Assembly (NCBI GenBank): GCA_004764695.1
Contig: SMSO01000035.1
Span: forward strand, 3,980,040 to 4,044,039
Direction of reading: 5' to 3'
Source of the DNA: Schizochytrium sp. TIO01
Taxonomy: Eukaryota > Protista > Bigyra: Labyrinthulomycetes
Length of the DNA stretch: 64,000 nt
Part shown: piece by piece, positions 31,301 to 39,100 of the stretch
Layout: each line of letters starts with the position of its first letter
Numbering within the stretch: the first letter of the stretch is position 1
Position numbers and translations under genes: made by a program
Notes under the pieces: model-generated
Told to the model about the DNA's origin: nothing
Database searches by the model: none
What the model saw: only the letters and a program-made list of their open reading frames with translations

Positions 31301-32977
31301 CAAGATGGCAAAGAGGTCAATGAAGACGAAAATGACGAGGAAGAATCACTTCTAACAGAAGAACAAGAGATCGCAGTGCGTGAACTGGAAGAGAAAATCA
31401 TGGAACTTCAGGCTAAGCAAGAGGCAGAAATAATGCAGTTTGAGGAAGAGATTGAATCTACTAAGCAAGACAAAATTCAGAAACTACGGCAAGAAGTGCA
31501 TCACCGAGTGGAGCGAGAGCTCCAAGAAGATGTTGAGTTCGATCGGATGATGGCAGAAGAACTTTCTAAATTTCAAGAAGAAACGAAGGCTCTTGTTGCT
31601 GAGATTGAAATTCCATCTATGGCTGGACCCTCGGGTGGCGAGGAGGGAGACACGAATGAGATTGACGAAGACGAAGCTAAACGTTTACGTGAGCAATACG
31701 AGGCAAGTATGGCTCGTCTTCAAGAAAAACGAAATGCGGAAATGGCAGCTCTGCGAGAAAAGCTTGACCGCAAACGAAAAGAACGTATTCAGAAATCTCA
31801 CGATGAAGAAAAGGAGCGAGAAGAAAAACGACTTAAACAGCTGGAAGAGGCTGAAAAGAACAAACTCAAGGCCCAAGAAAAGGAGTTGCAGCTAGCAGAA
31901 CAACGTAAAGCACAGGCTAACTTACCTGAAGACACTGAAGATGCAGAAGCCGAAGATCATCGTGCTGCTGTGCAAAAGCTTCGCGAGAATTTTGAGCAAG
32001 CAACATCTGAGCTTGCAAGGAAGCAAAAAGAACAGCGAGATCATCGCCGTGAAGCGCTTGAGCGTAAACTTGAGGCACGCCGAAAAGCTACAGAGGAGCG
32101 TAATCAGAAGAAGTTGGAAGCAGCCGCTAAAAAGGAAGATAAAGTCTTTGTTCAGGCCCTGAAAGTACCTGAACCAGTTGAAGAAGACTCCGAAAAGGTT
32201 GCTGCTCGATTGGAACAGTTAAAGAAAGATGCTTTAGCAAACAAAGCTGTCCTTGATCAGAAGAATCAAGATGACAAAAAACGCCTTCGAGAACGCCTTC
32301 TCAAGAAACGTCAACAAGCTGAAGAGAAGAAGAAGAAAATGCTTGAGCAGAAAGCTAAGGAAGAAACACTGATGCACCAAAAACTCAAGGAAGAAGAAGC
32401 AGCTCTTCGTGAAAGACAAGCAATCGAACTACAAGAAATTGAAGAAGCCAATGTAGAGGCATTTCTTGACGAAACCCAAGCTGAGAGTTTAGCTGCTGGC
32501 GTCCTTGCTTGGCGAAAGCGCCGTGAAGATCAGGAAAAGCAACAAGCTGTCAAGGGGCCTACCCGATCCGAGATTCTCGCAGCAGATTTTGCTGCAAAGG
32601 CACAACGCATCGAGGAACTCTCAGTTACCTCCAGCAAGACCGATTCAGACTCGGGAGGAGCAGATGCAGGTGAAAAGGCAAAGAAGGAGGCCGAGCGCCT
32701 CCTAAAAGATCTTGAGACACTATTTGTCAGTCTTGTCGAAGAAACAGATGCTGAGATTAACAAGATGACCAATGAAGCAGCAGTTCAAAAGGCACGAAAG
32801 AAGCGACAACTTCGGAACTTGCGTAGACAACTAATGCCAGAAGCTTCTGAAGGCATGTCGCCACTTTCACCAGAAGAGGCAAACAGTCCATTGAGTGGCG
32901 GTGGAAAGGAAGATTCAAACCGAGAAGCAATGCCAGTCAATGTCAACTTAGACAACATTAACTTTCTTGACCTGTAA
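19304..32977 (+). CDS. Giant single-exon 'nonagonal'-type cadherin: signal peptide, Cys-rich CxxGYYCP repeats, ~10 cadherin repeats, >10 IPT/TIG repeats, ~9 TM helices, IQ motif, long coiled-coil tail
   Basis: Cadherin motifs LDYE/LNYE/LDFE, DxD, DVNE/DANDxP (~20.6-24.25 kb). TxGG…GxNFG IPT motifs (~24.3-28.3 kb). Nine hydrophobic segments at 28.6-30.4 kb. AAKRLQSAFRGYYVRR IQ motif at ~29450. E/K/Q/R-rich tail. ATG at 19304 (or 19277) precedes the hydrophobic SSFAILAALLTLLQII. Confidence 0.9.
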   Translation: MGSRNSSYAESPRRNPDEIPKSVQAVYPRSYKVGKRWPGIYKSSFAILAALLTLLQIISPSKGEVAFADTCACPDSSPCPSFCLECDSYDSECTSGKTNARCNGEDNQNCPDGYDKRAQTGTIWRCSYGGTYYTMYHCHRYCLGILTGKCNLCQDGYYAYNENQTCALCDAGHYCHSGQDQGPCDKGYFCEAGSTSATEAPCPAGTYGSTTGLEDSSCSGPCQAGYYCPEGSTNATVKPCFAGQWGGSGQTNGYCSGSCSAGYYCPQGSASSKAHACGDASKYCPEGSSTPTAVSDGFYSTPVSLPENVRTTETVCPKGSYCSGGQKTTCPAGNYAPSIGLSSCLEYVCTAGYYCPEGSTSSTAGPCYTGDTQPTYPAMYYCPAGATAPAQVLDGYFTTPESALAYHRTGMELADSTLYVTRYGTRYRKVQWQGDCTGDSGTLQILELTNDGRGDASEGALLTTFQVYDNINQIQLESGALTFVDAAGDSTILSSSLNAADCISYVQEYGFPFEITESSDLEIRTNFSLDYEVCPKFVFDVLATSANGEATSTCRLTVNVENENDKPYFEYTTTAGYPYAQPATKDFYVEERSDVNTGVGSPIHANDEDVGQEISFEIVSGEGDEAENMFYIGSCSGQLYVLDSNLDYITKDTYNLVIRVCDDGNFFGSSGVTQCSVDANITIHVQDVNDSPFWSTSPYEITSFYVPENSPENTLLTPYCQNGTDEVPCSELDSSIGGLLVDDLDLASDGSSTSDIMIYTITRNVNDYFAAVSCDRENNIDECTLSNGVNAPAGALRVTQVADLNYEEQTTYTIAVRVNDGRGGVNSTEVTIKITDANDPPTWPTNKELGALQIAENNANGYVSIFANDEDAGDILTYEVVQVADKDENLYTNLFVIDPDSPSAAEGETVKLELGTNGPLDFESVQFYYVTVNATDSGGLSTGRVLNITVQDVNESPTITTTDLYVAENVAYGTQINGAVQFTDPDEGQIGFFSIESGSDSSYFAIGTTSGIISVRGDLNYEQKNVYTVQVSVTDNGVPSKKTTSAITIHVTDEPEPPTFESGQTFTVTETPEIDTDWAVLINVTDEDAGDSATLYIDSQYIASNGKPVEYFAVSNLSLIENINSDPPNYESALFTTYNDKRIIVSLYALDTTGLNSSSTVTITVVDANDRPVLENATVGVPAHISECDKSAPCSPGYEVLNIYELCTDEDLDSDELITEMTYTILSGNEDETFGIEDGVLTVINVTENIRQENFIYNLTIEATDHATTPLTSSPAYIQVKVTGENYPPTLNSFTLTLAENTEANGQVLINDFNASDPNNDANTPMQGLVFDISKVSPTSAADVFDLDSSNGTLYLMETIDYETMTDSSGKITVYVRVRDNFGDSSSLSTIGTVTITVTDVNEPPSFSASTYSVSVTEGTSVGVITTIEASDPDEADDGQLVYSLPNITTGLFVVNSATGAISTTSVLDFESPQSPCKLSSGALHQCSIDLMVTDTAGHSALTVVKVSVINVNEKPNYIGTGCETGFTCTSSILTKETSVTIPESSYISSALKVATFKASDPDYISGYKLAFATLSFSFPDGEELDSGASRVDELFRLDSSGGLYLVGHLDFENRSSYTYDIVVSDESNGVYAALQDTFTLTIHVADVNDISTVNATTVDTPWPTGGGASVNITGDNFGPREYKIDTDNATMPDVRVYLVQKSTLRTFEASGCYVASATSVLCSSSPSGVGEELYWMLSYPGLGYNSSIDFDDESLANRFQDPVITSVSGATAFPTAGGATFSVYGTDLGAADLEFTPTVEVRYRSATARSTVFTATNCGIVSSEQVTCTSSPSSGPKLEFMVVIQGQEALEWYGNGSVYSHAIPVITSLAFEDSSTTQMNPSGGSSSNGIVLTGTNFGPLGTSIVVTYGPSTQLTKFTASSCSVKVAHKSVRCVYVAGTGSDLKFTIAVNSVISSASTQGLSYTGPIIDSISGAGAENARTSGGETVYIKGSGFGPVTTSSNSTLVVQYGGENADKYTAVDCAVTKHDTTITCQTTSGTGPTLYWKVTVSGQSSAISTVSTSYSAPTINYFEGQSTDAITEGGDEIVLVGVDFGDDSDLINVTFGPTGQEYIARNCIIDPDNLHTKIICELPPGIGDELKWTVVVDTQASKVPTSSYRAPTITSLVGDPIDNGAKTSGGETFKIYGTDFGPRSVQQREQQYEFTYGVTAGSNYQAINCVILPSEPSYLTIYTASSQNATIDSGYFVLEVNSVETQALQYDASAEDLAAALFEVTEGVVFNVTRASNCLVLSPTSNSQWNGGCRWTITTPSLPRETISVSTNALTADGAAAYASVSQPDLGASSAQCTTVPGVGADLDFVATIGGQESNVSTVFLSYIAPSITSYVPALGVSAEDFVLTVNGNNFGIEDITVMFAGTLMQDASQTHTKVEFSIPEVLQRNQNNVVQIEVGGQTVTSSYSFQAPRIQYVTAVSPPEVLEGPPQEIVIRGTGFGYYQPELNDAVTVDGQECIISQWTHEAILCNLTKLDGTMRITVGELYGELPNFSYSGLLTQPVIHNVSRCDDASESIGCISACVNEDDAYCTTQGDYKVVIFGQNLGSGINGVVYINGEECEVEDALLDYTDNKTICSVPEGEGSGPVIVQHAFKRSNESVIFYYDRPHLNSASPDRGSTPGNTELHLVGQNFGVSGPLVDLLAEWDPTYSDTCEVVRFNHTYIKCILPPGQGKMRIRVTAGEQESDGNSTFTYDPPSLSYISPVHGSTEGGYNMTLVGSNFGIQGNVFVGGSICDFLSYSHEEIICAVPPGAGSQVEVLVESGGASSNALNFSYDPPYVSSLDPGYGPTSGGSEITVHGENFHNADLYVQFGEFNCTEPNATSSTLIVCTSPEGIGTNLSVIVSVKGQATESDKPLFSFSAPIVTRVSPDPVDAYGGDELVITGSNFGKDEFDADPDNASVEVFVSDVECETPHRYNHTRITCDVRNVSVGDHPITLYVAEQSVTTSNKDGLFAACTSGYYGQPSEYCRVCPDNAECLGYVNGWHYDPASLAGYGSLNRNTFQACNPSYACLGNDTCAVGYEHQSTSMHLCGLCADNYYRLDGDCVECPKMAWLILIGCFFVAGFLCSVAYFLTKYGVQLAAVSICIDFCQVVSLFSSYDFAWPRVVSSAYSVLSAFNLNLELASPECSVGWDYETKWYIMYFMPVVFGFMFTGSFLIAFVKHMFRKVQKEVKVKTGISVVPFTGETNEKNAQKTKQVTEREVSPDEKVLLVDDEDMESYDASFNKFIDAEFGAFLLMCYYLYMSVMKKCFEVYRCQGSPVPVLIAEPSEPCDDSGSFYPRIHALAGFGIFVYGVGIPGVILFLLLKHRDFIKHDQQRREQALKLSENEAAKRLQSAFRGYYVRRVVDPRSILRQHKKLSNIGRTRAKFGKLYEDFTSECYYWRLVLMMRKLLLSMISLFLDDKFKQSTLAFGILFSSYAMQVKLRPYLSRFPDDLAKRRQAKAYTEWKRRAELRSEVNRTKGRVRALQLAVSAKMKRLGIKTARDDRLLRENMDFKQLEVNKDIAKWVHTSREAHRQNAIDNGSLDPDQARKETDVQRRWGLLQHFVTEADNKDKFELNDDASKYLKSDALRWIFDYNTLETLSLATLMYILLFGLLFDTYEASSDDIRINVLASITIALFVMVILLFMSSVVIDVKRKFWPAVRDHLLKHGVRGLAPRKLMQRLRGVGKDGPARAKVRAGATVTPARDSAKAVLNGGRGQWVSPVNPFATLEKQNADLVRAEEARLQAIMASKMRHQEELREREVKRQQEQARLDEEYRLKMESVEAELRELEEQEAAMLDSFEGDHFGESDGDEAMAAFAEQELAAAVAEADNVATVAPLQRDEDADSDIEEADAAFHEAKDMEAREMEAREMEEEGFEAEQEVLMAQLEAEKQEKLVELKARQNDDINAAIAELQRQAEEVCAGHRKQQDEIKARLQERTLRRGRSVRRRKRNDGGANDDGTSQDGKEVNEDENDEEESLLTEEQEIAVRELEEKIMELQAKQEAEIMQFEEEIESTKQDKIQKLRQEVHHRVERELQEDVEFDRMMAEELSKFQEETKALVAEIEIPSMAGPSGGEEGDTNEIDEDEAKRLREQYEASMARLQEKRNAEMAALREKLDRKRKERIQKSHDEEKEREEKRLKQLEEAEKNKLKAQEKELQLAEQRKAQANLPEDTEDAEAEDHRAAVQKLRENFEQATSELARKQKEQRDHRREALERKLEARRKATEERNQKKLEAAAKKEDKVFVQALKVPEPVEEDSEKVAARLEQLKKDALANKAVLDQKNQDDKKRLRERLLKKRQQAEEKKKKMLEQKAKEETLMHQKLKEEEAALRERQAIELQEIEEANVEAFLDETQAESLAAGVLAWRKRREDQEKQQAVKGPTRSEILAADFAAKAQRIEELSVTSSKTDSDSGGADAGEKAKKEAERLLKDLETLFVSLVEETDAEINKMTNEAAVQKARKKRQLRNLRRQLMPEASEGMSPLSPEEANSPLSGGGKEDSNREAMPVNVNLDNINFLDL

Positions 32978-33170
32978 AGAGCTAAATTTATAGCGAAGAT
33001 AGGACGATCTTTTACCAAGTTGAAACCTACGATTTCGAATTGTTTCGCAATTAAAAACTAAACTAATGAACGTGTGTATCTATCTATTCACAAATTATGA
33101 TATTCAGGATACTAGTTTTCTTGTATTCAAAAGTTTTTGCATTTTTGTGAATATTGAAACTTTCGATCCT

Positions 33171-36100
33171 TTAATCTTGAAGACGAGGAATGAGCCAATT
33201 GCACCATCTGTCACGAGTATCATGGTCGTAAAACTGTATTTCATAATAGTGCTCAGATTTTGTATGGTGTTGGTTCCCAGCGTTCATTGAACCGCTGCGT
33301 GTATTTGCAGCGGCACTGGCACCACCACGAGTTGAGACCTTCTCGAACCCCACTTTCAACACTGGATTTTCCCCACGACTGACCATTACTTCATTTAACT
33401 CCAGCAACGAGTGTTTCACTCGTTTGCCAGCATCGCGTTGCAGTAAGAGACGACGCTTTTCGCGTTCTTCTTGACGCCTATTTTCCAGCTTAGCATTTAT
33501 AGCAGTCAGGTATTTTGCACGATGCGCATCGGCAAGGTCTGCACTCTCTGCACGAGGACCATCGTTGGGCGAGCTGAACATTTGGCCGCTTGGATACTGG
33601 GCACGTTCCAATCGGAAATTCACGGGAAATATCCAGTGCTCCCAATGCGTCTCCAATATCATGAAAAATTTACTCGTGCAAATGATTAACCTTGGAAGCA
33701 GCTGCCCTTTGCGCCAGATTCGAACCTGGGTGGCCAACATTCCTGGGATTTCGTTGAAAAGGCAAGTGGAAGATGCGAAATCTAAGACACTTGGCTGTGA
33801 GCCTGAAAAGGAGGCTGGGTTACCAAGGTGAAGAGTATGCAGCTGAGGGGAAAATGGATGCGAATGAAAGCCTGGATCAGAAGCTTCATCGATAACCTCG
33901 GCCGCGGTTAGGACTTCGGTCTCCTCAGCTAGTGCTTCTCGGAATGGGACATCATCTTCAAGCGGAGGAGGATTGATCTGTGATTTTTCTGCACCAAGTA
34001 ATAATTCAACTTCAGCCCACTCTCGTGACATCTGCATAAAAAATGAGTATAGCCTTGCTGCAACTCCGGAGACATAGGTGAGGCAAGTAAGTGCCACGGG
34101 ATCCATGCGATCTCTCAAATCTGAGAATTTATGTTTGATGTGAATTCGCTGTCCATAGAGACCAAGAACAACACGTTGAAGTGCACGGTATGGTTTCCGC
34201 CATATCAGTCTAGGCTTCAAGTCCTTTCGTTTTACGATTATCGCATCTCCATATCTTCTTGGACTTGTATACAAATCATCGGTAGGATTTTGGCTTTTCA
34301 AACTTGGACCGAATTGCCAACCATGACCAGCTTGTGGCTCTTCATAGAGATAATAAGCTTCAGAAGTCAATACTAAGAGACAACGGCGCAGTTGTTGAGA
34401 GCCCGGGCTTTCCATCACATCGCAAAAAGCACTTTCCAGAATGCGTTCTTGACCGATTCGATCCTTCTCCCAAGGTTGTCGTTCTGTGCAGCCTGATGTA
34501 ACACCGGCATTAACATTGTTTGCAGCTACACCACTCATCGAAGCATCTTCTTGTATCTGCTCCTGGGCATCCACGTTAGAGCTAACCTTCGGAACATCCG
34601 TTTTTCTTTGAGAGGTGCCTGATACATTCGATCTAGCTGGGGACAAGGAGTTAAAATCTGAACGACGCAAGGCTGGAGGGGGCTCGATTGCCCACATTTT
34701 CCTCAACTTTTCACCAGAACTAGCATCTATGCCACCCGAATATGAGGAATAGCCTGTGTTACTGAAGACCCCGGGAGATTCGGGTTTCGCTGCAGGAGTA
34801 CGAAATCCAACACACATAGCAAAGAAGCCTCCCCGGGATGGCGTTGGGACCTCACCAGCTTCAGCACGTTCGAAAGGACTCACCGCTGCCAAGATACTTT
34901 CACGACGACTCTTCTTTAAGTGAAACGAGAAATGCTGTTCCTTGGCCATGAAAGCTTGTAGCTCATTCGTAAAAGTCGCTTCCTTCACTCTATCCAGAAG
35001 TTCTTGGATGTAACTGTTTCTCATCATTGTTCGACCATCGACTTGTACCCGAACAAATTCTTCAAGTATCTCGTATCGAGACTCTGGCGACATGATAAAA
35101 GCAGATACCAAAATCTGAGTAATTTGCTCGCGAAGTGCAACTAAAACAAGCTCGAGTTCAGAAGAACGTTGCTGCTTTTGTCCACTGCAACCAATCAAAA
35201 TTGCAATACAGCTTCTGATAACACCATTAAATGGCATTAACATTCGCCAGGCGGCATCACGGGTCTTGGCTCGAGCTGTGAACGTCGCCTCCGAGCTGTC
35301 ATCACCATACCAGGGAAGGTAAAGAAGAGGCAACTGTGATGCGATCAGTGCTAGTGTTCGAGTTGTATGCATTGCTGTCACGTAATCTGATTCTGTCATG
35401 CTCTGCAATTCGGCATATCGACGCAACGTCGAGAGGATACGCTTTGAAATTGTGCAAATGATTCCATAAACATTGAGTTGGTCACAGGGTTCCTCTCTTC
35501 GAATCCCAGGCATGACACATAGCTCGTACGCGATCGCCATGAATTTAGCCCCGACTAAGGCCTGCGGCCAGACTGGCCGTTCTTGAGAGCCAGCACAGAC
35601 GAACGCAAGGATTCGAAGTCTTTTCGGCATACGTAAGTTTTGTTTCGCAGACATTACTGTATTAGGACGCCCGTCTTTAAGAAGTGAATAGATTACGCGC
35701 AACGCAGCGACCAAGGTGTCAGTAGTCTCGGTTTCTCGTCGAAATATATCCGCCGCATTTGAAGCAAACATAACGACATCTGCATCTTCGTCAGCAAGGA
35801 AGCTGGTAGAATTTTGTGCAGGAGTGGGGATTAAAATACCACGGGTGGATGAAAATGCAGGCCTAAGAGGATCTTGCTGTGCATCCATACAGTTTTCACC
35901 TGCAAGTGCCTCTTCCATAAAGTATTTTAGGAGAACGTCCCTGCCGGATATTGCGTTGAGAGGGGCTTTCCCATCTGCTTGCTGACTCTGTTCTCCAGTA
36001 CCCAGTGCTGCCGCACCAAAGTTTAAAACAGGAGCACCAATAGATGAATCTGGCTGCATCGGTGGAGGTGGAATGCCATCCACTTGTTTCAAGCTTTGAA

Positions 36101-39100
36101 CATAGGTCTCCAAATCAGTATTGACGTCAGGCATCACGAATTTATCAAACATGAGTCGAACAGATGAGCTTTGCAGTGGCGAAGAGCTTGAATGGTGAGG
36201 ATTAGATGCAGGATCTAGTAAGCTGGGTGGAGATTCATCACTGGCAGAAAGATCCTTTTCTGCAGCCCCAACCAAGTATAAAAGAAGTCGTTCAAGGCCT
36301 TGGAAATCAATCAACAGTTGATGTTGTTGCAGTTCATCTGCATTGTCACCCTGGGTGTTCAGGGCACGAGTCACCCACTCATCAGTACATCCTACCTGGC
36401 TCCCTACCAGCATATTCCAGAAAGCCGGCATACGTTTTTCATCATGAGTGTGGCGGTTGACAATTGTTCGAAAACCCGCGTGTACCCCATCTTCCCTTAA
36501 AAGCCACGCGGAAGTTTCTTGAATATCAGTTTGCAGTCCAGATTCGTAGGTACCAGGCTCGTGTGCGAATGAGGAACTTTCATCATCCAGCCAACCTTGG
36601 CGAAGAAATTGAAGGGAAGGATCAGGAAGGCCCATCAGCACATCAGCAATCCGGCGAAGAATTCTTGGTGCCACCACTCCAGCAGGAGAAACTGAATGAT
36701 CCCCAAAGAGCGCTTGCAAAAGGTACTCGACTTGACGCCCGGGCAAGGTGCGCTCAATCATGTTAGGGTCATACATATCGCGAGACACTTCAATATCGTC
36801 ATTCACGACGTGGAGCTTTACATGACCTGCGCATTCGTCTTCAGCGTACAAAACATTGACCATCTTCTTCAGAATATCATGCCGGCGTAGGAAGCTACGG
36901 AGATTACGATATCTTGAACAGGCTTGGAGGAATTGCACACAGCTTGTTGATAAAACTCGTTTTTCGTGAAAATCGCCAGGGTGAGCAGTCGTGTTACGGC
37001 GCTCATTTCGCTCGAGGATAGTAAATGCAGCACTTGCTGCCTTCTCTGCATAGTCCTGGCGAAAGGTGACTCCAACGGAGGTCGTAGTGAGACAAATCTT
37101 TGTTAAGAATCGGAAGGACTCGGCAAGAACAGTCCCAACTTTCCATGATGAGATGTTGATGGAATTCTCAAAGAAATCAAGCAAATATTGCAACTCGTCG
37201 ATTTCAAGATTTGCTAATTTGATTGCTTGAAGACAACGCAGAACAGCAATCCGGACATCTTCTGAAGGAGTTTGTAGACAGTTGAAAAGATATGTCTCCC
37301 GCTTTTTCTCTTTCAGATCTTGAGCAATTCGCTGTGCTAACTGATTGAGACCATGCGCCGCCTCTTCGTTATAGAATGTGATAAGGTTGATCACACTGAC
37401 AAGTAAGCGGTGCATAGACTTACTACGAAGGTTAGCTAGCACTTTGATCTCACCTCGGAAATGCACCTCCTCTTCCCGTGGGACTAGTTTACACATTTGA
37501 TTAAACCTGGCGCCTTTCTCTCCAATGTACTGCAATAAAGGACTTATACCTTGTAGCTTGCCCGATATTTTGGCAAAAACGTTATCAAAAGTTGCTTGGA
37601 ACCACCCACGAGGACTTCTAAGGATTGCTGTAATGGCCTCAAAGACAGAAGAAAGAATTATCGGGCCAGCAAGCGCGTTGGGTTTGTAAAGATCAAGAAG
37701 AAGATCTAGGTATCTGGACACATCCACGACAAGCTCTTGGAAAACTAAGGGACTAAGGCTCAATGCAGATAAGCATAAAATGCAGTCTCTAATGGAGGTG
37801 TCTGAAGATTGATCTGTAGGATGAACCTCCTTTTCCTCTACGAGTTGCCTCAAAGCTCGCAATACTACATGGTGCACGCGTGACTTCCCGAATAATTCTG
37901 CGGACCTATGCCTCATGGAATGGTCAGCTTGTGAAGCAGAAAAGTAGTTGGGATAAGACGAACTGTCAAGATCACCTTCATTCTGAGACACGGGGGATCC
38001 ACCATCGCTGCCTGTCCCAAGAGACTCTTGGTCGCCCAAACCCTCCAGGTCGTGAACATCGTACAATGACATATTACTAATGAGAACAAGAAGGTGCTGG
38101 TAACGAAGGGTTCCACTCTTTGTATCACGAAGCTCTTCAGCGATACTCGAACAAAGGTCCAGTCCTCCCAATTCTCTAGCCAGACGAGATGTTGCGCTGG
38201 CAACAGAAGCCATCTCGACAATACTGTCAACCGGAGCAGGCGAGCCAGGCGTGCGGCGCAGTTGCGCGGATATCAATCCTATTGCCCCATCAAGTATGGA
38301 GAGCTGCGCATTTTCGAAGTTCCTTGCACCTCGTGCTAATTCTATCAAATTCATCATAATACTATTACGAGTAGCTGTATCAGGAGTGCGATCAAGCCAG
38401 GGAATCATGTGTTCACTAACCACCTCTATGACCTCCTTTGCATGCTGCTCTCCGGCGCTCATCATATTTCGTAGCTGCCCAATGCAACGCTTATCGAATT
38501 GGTGTTCACCAACGGTTGATAAAAAAACCAGAATGGTGAGCAGAATACGTGTAAGCTGGGGTTGGCGTTCAGAGAGCAAAGCGATATTCTGCAGGAATGT
38601 GTCAATTTCAAGCATAGCAGAGTGAGTTGGGTCAATCTTGAAAAGGAGCTGATGCTCTCGAGGGCGTTCGGCAATGCGTTGTGCATCCACAAGAAGATCA
38701 CTCAAATTTCTAGAGCAGCATTCTGGGTGAATGAAGCACTCGTCCAGAAGAGCATTGAGCTCAGAAATCTTAGGAAAGGGCGTGTTATAGTTTGTTGAAC
38801 CATGAGTTGTCTGGTGATGTGAGGGCTGGAAATCTTCTTCGCTTCCAGATTGTAGTGCCAGTTCTATTTGACGACGAATATTATCGTTATCATGAACGTT
38901 TGAAATGCCTAGAGAATTTGAAACTGTGGGACGAAGTGCTGCAGATGTAGATGCTCCTTGACGACCTATCCCTCCATCTTGGCTCAAGGAATCAATGAAC
39001 TCTTTTGACTTTCGGATGGCATCGGCTCTTTCATTCATATTTCGATCTACTAAAAAATCATCGACTTGTTGAATTGCACGAGTGCCTGCAAGCTTACTTT

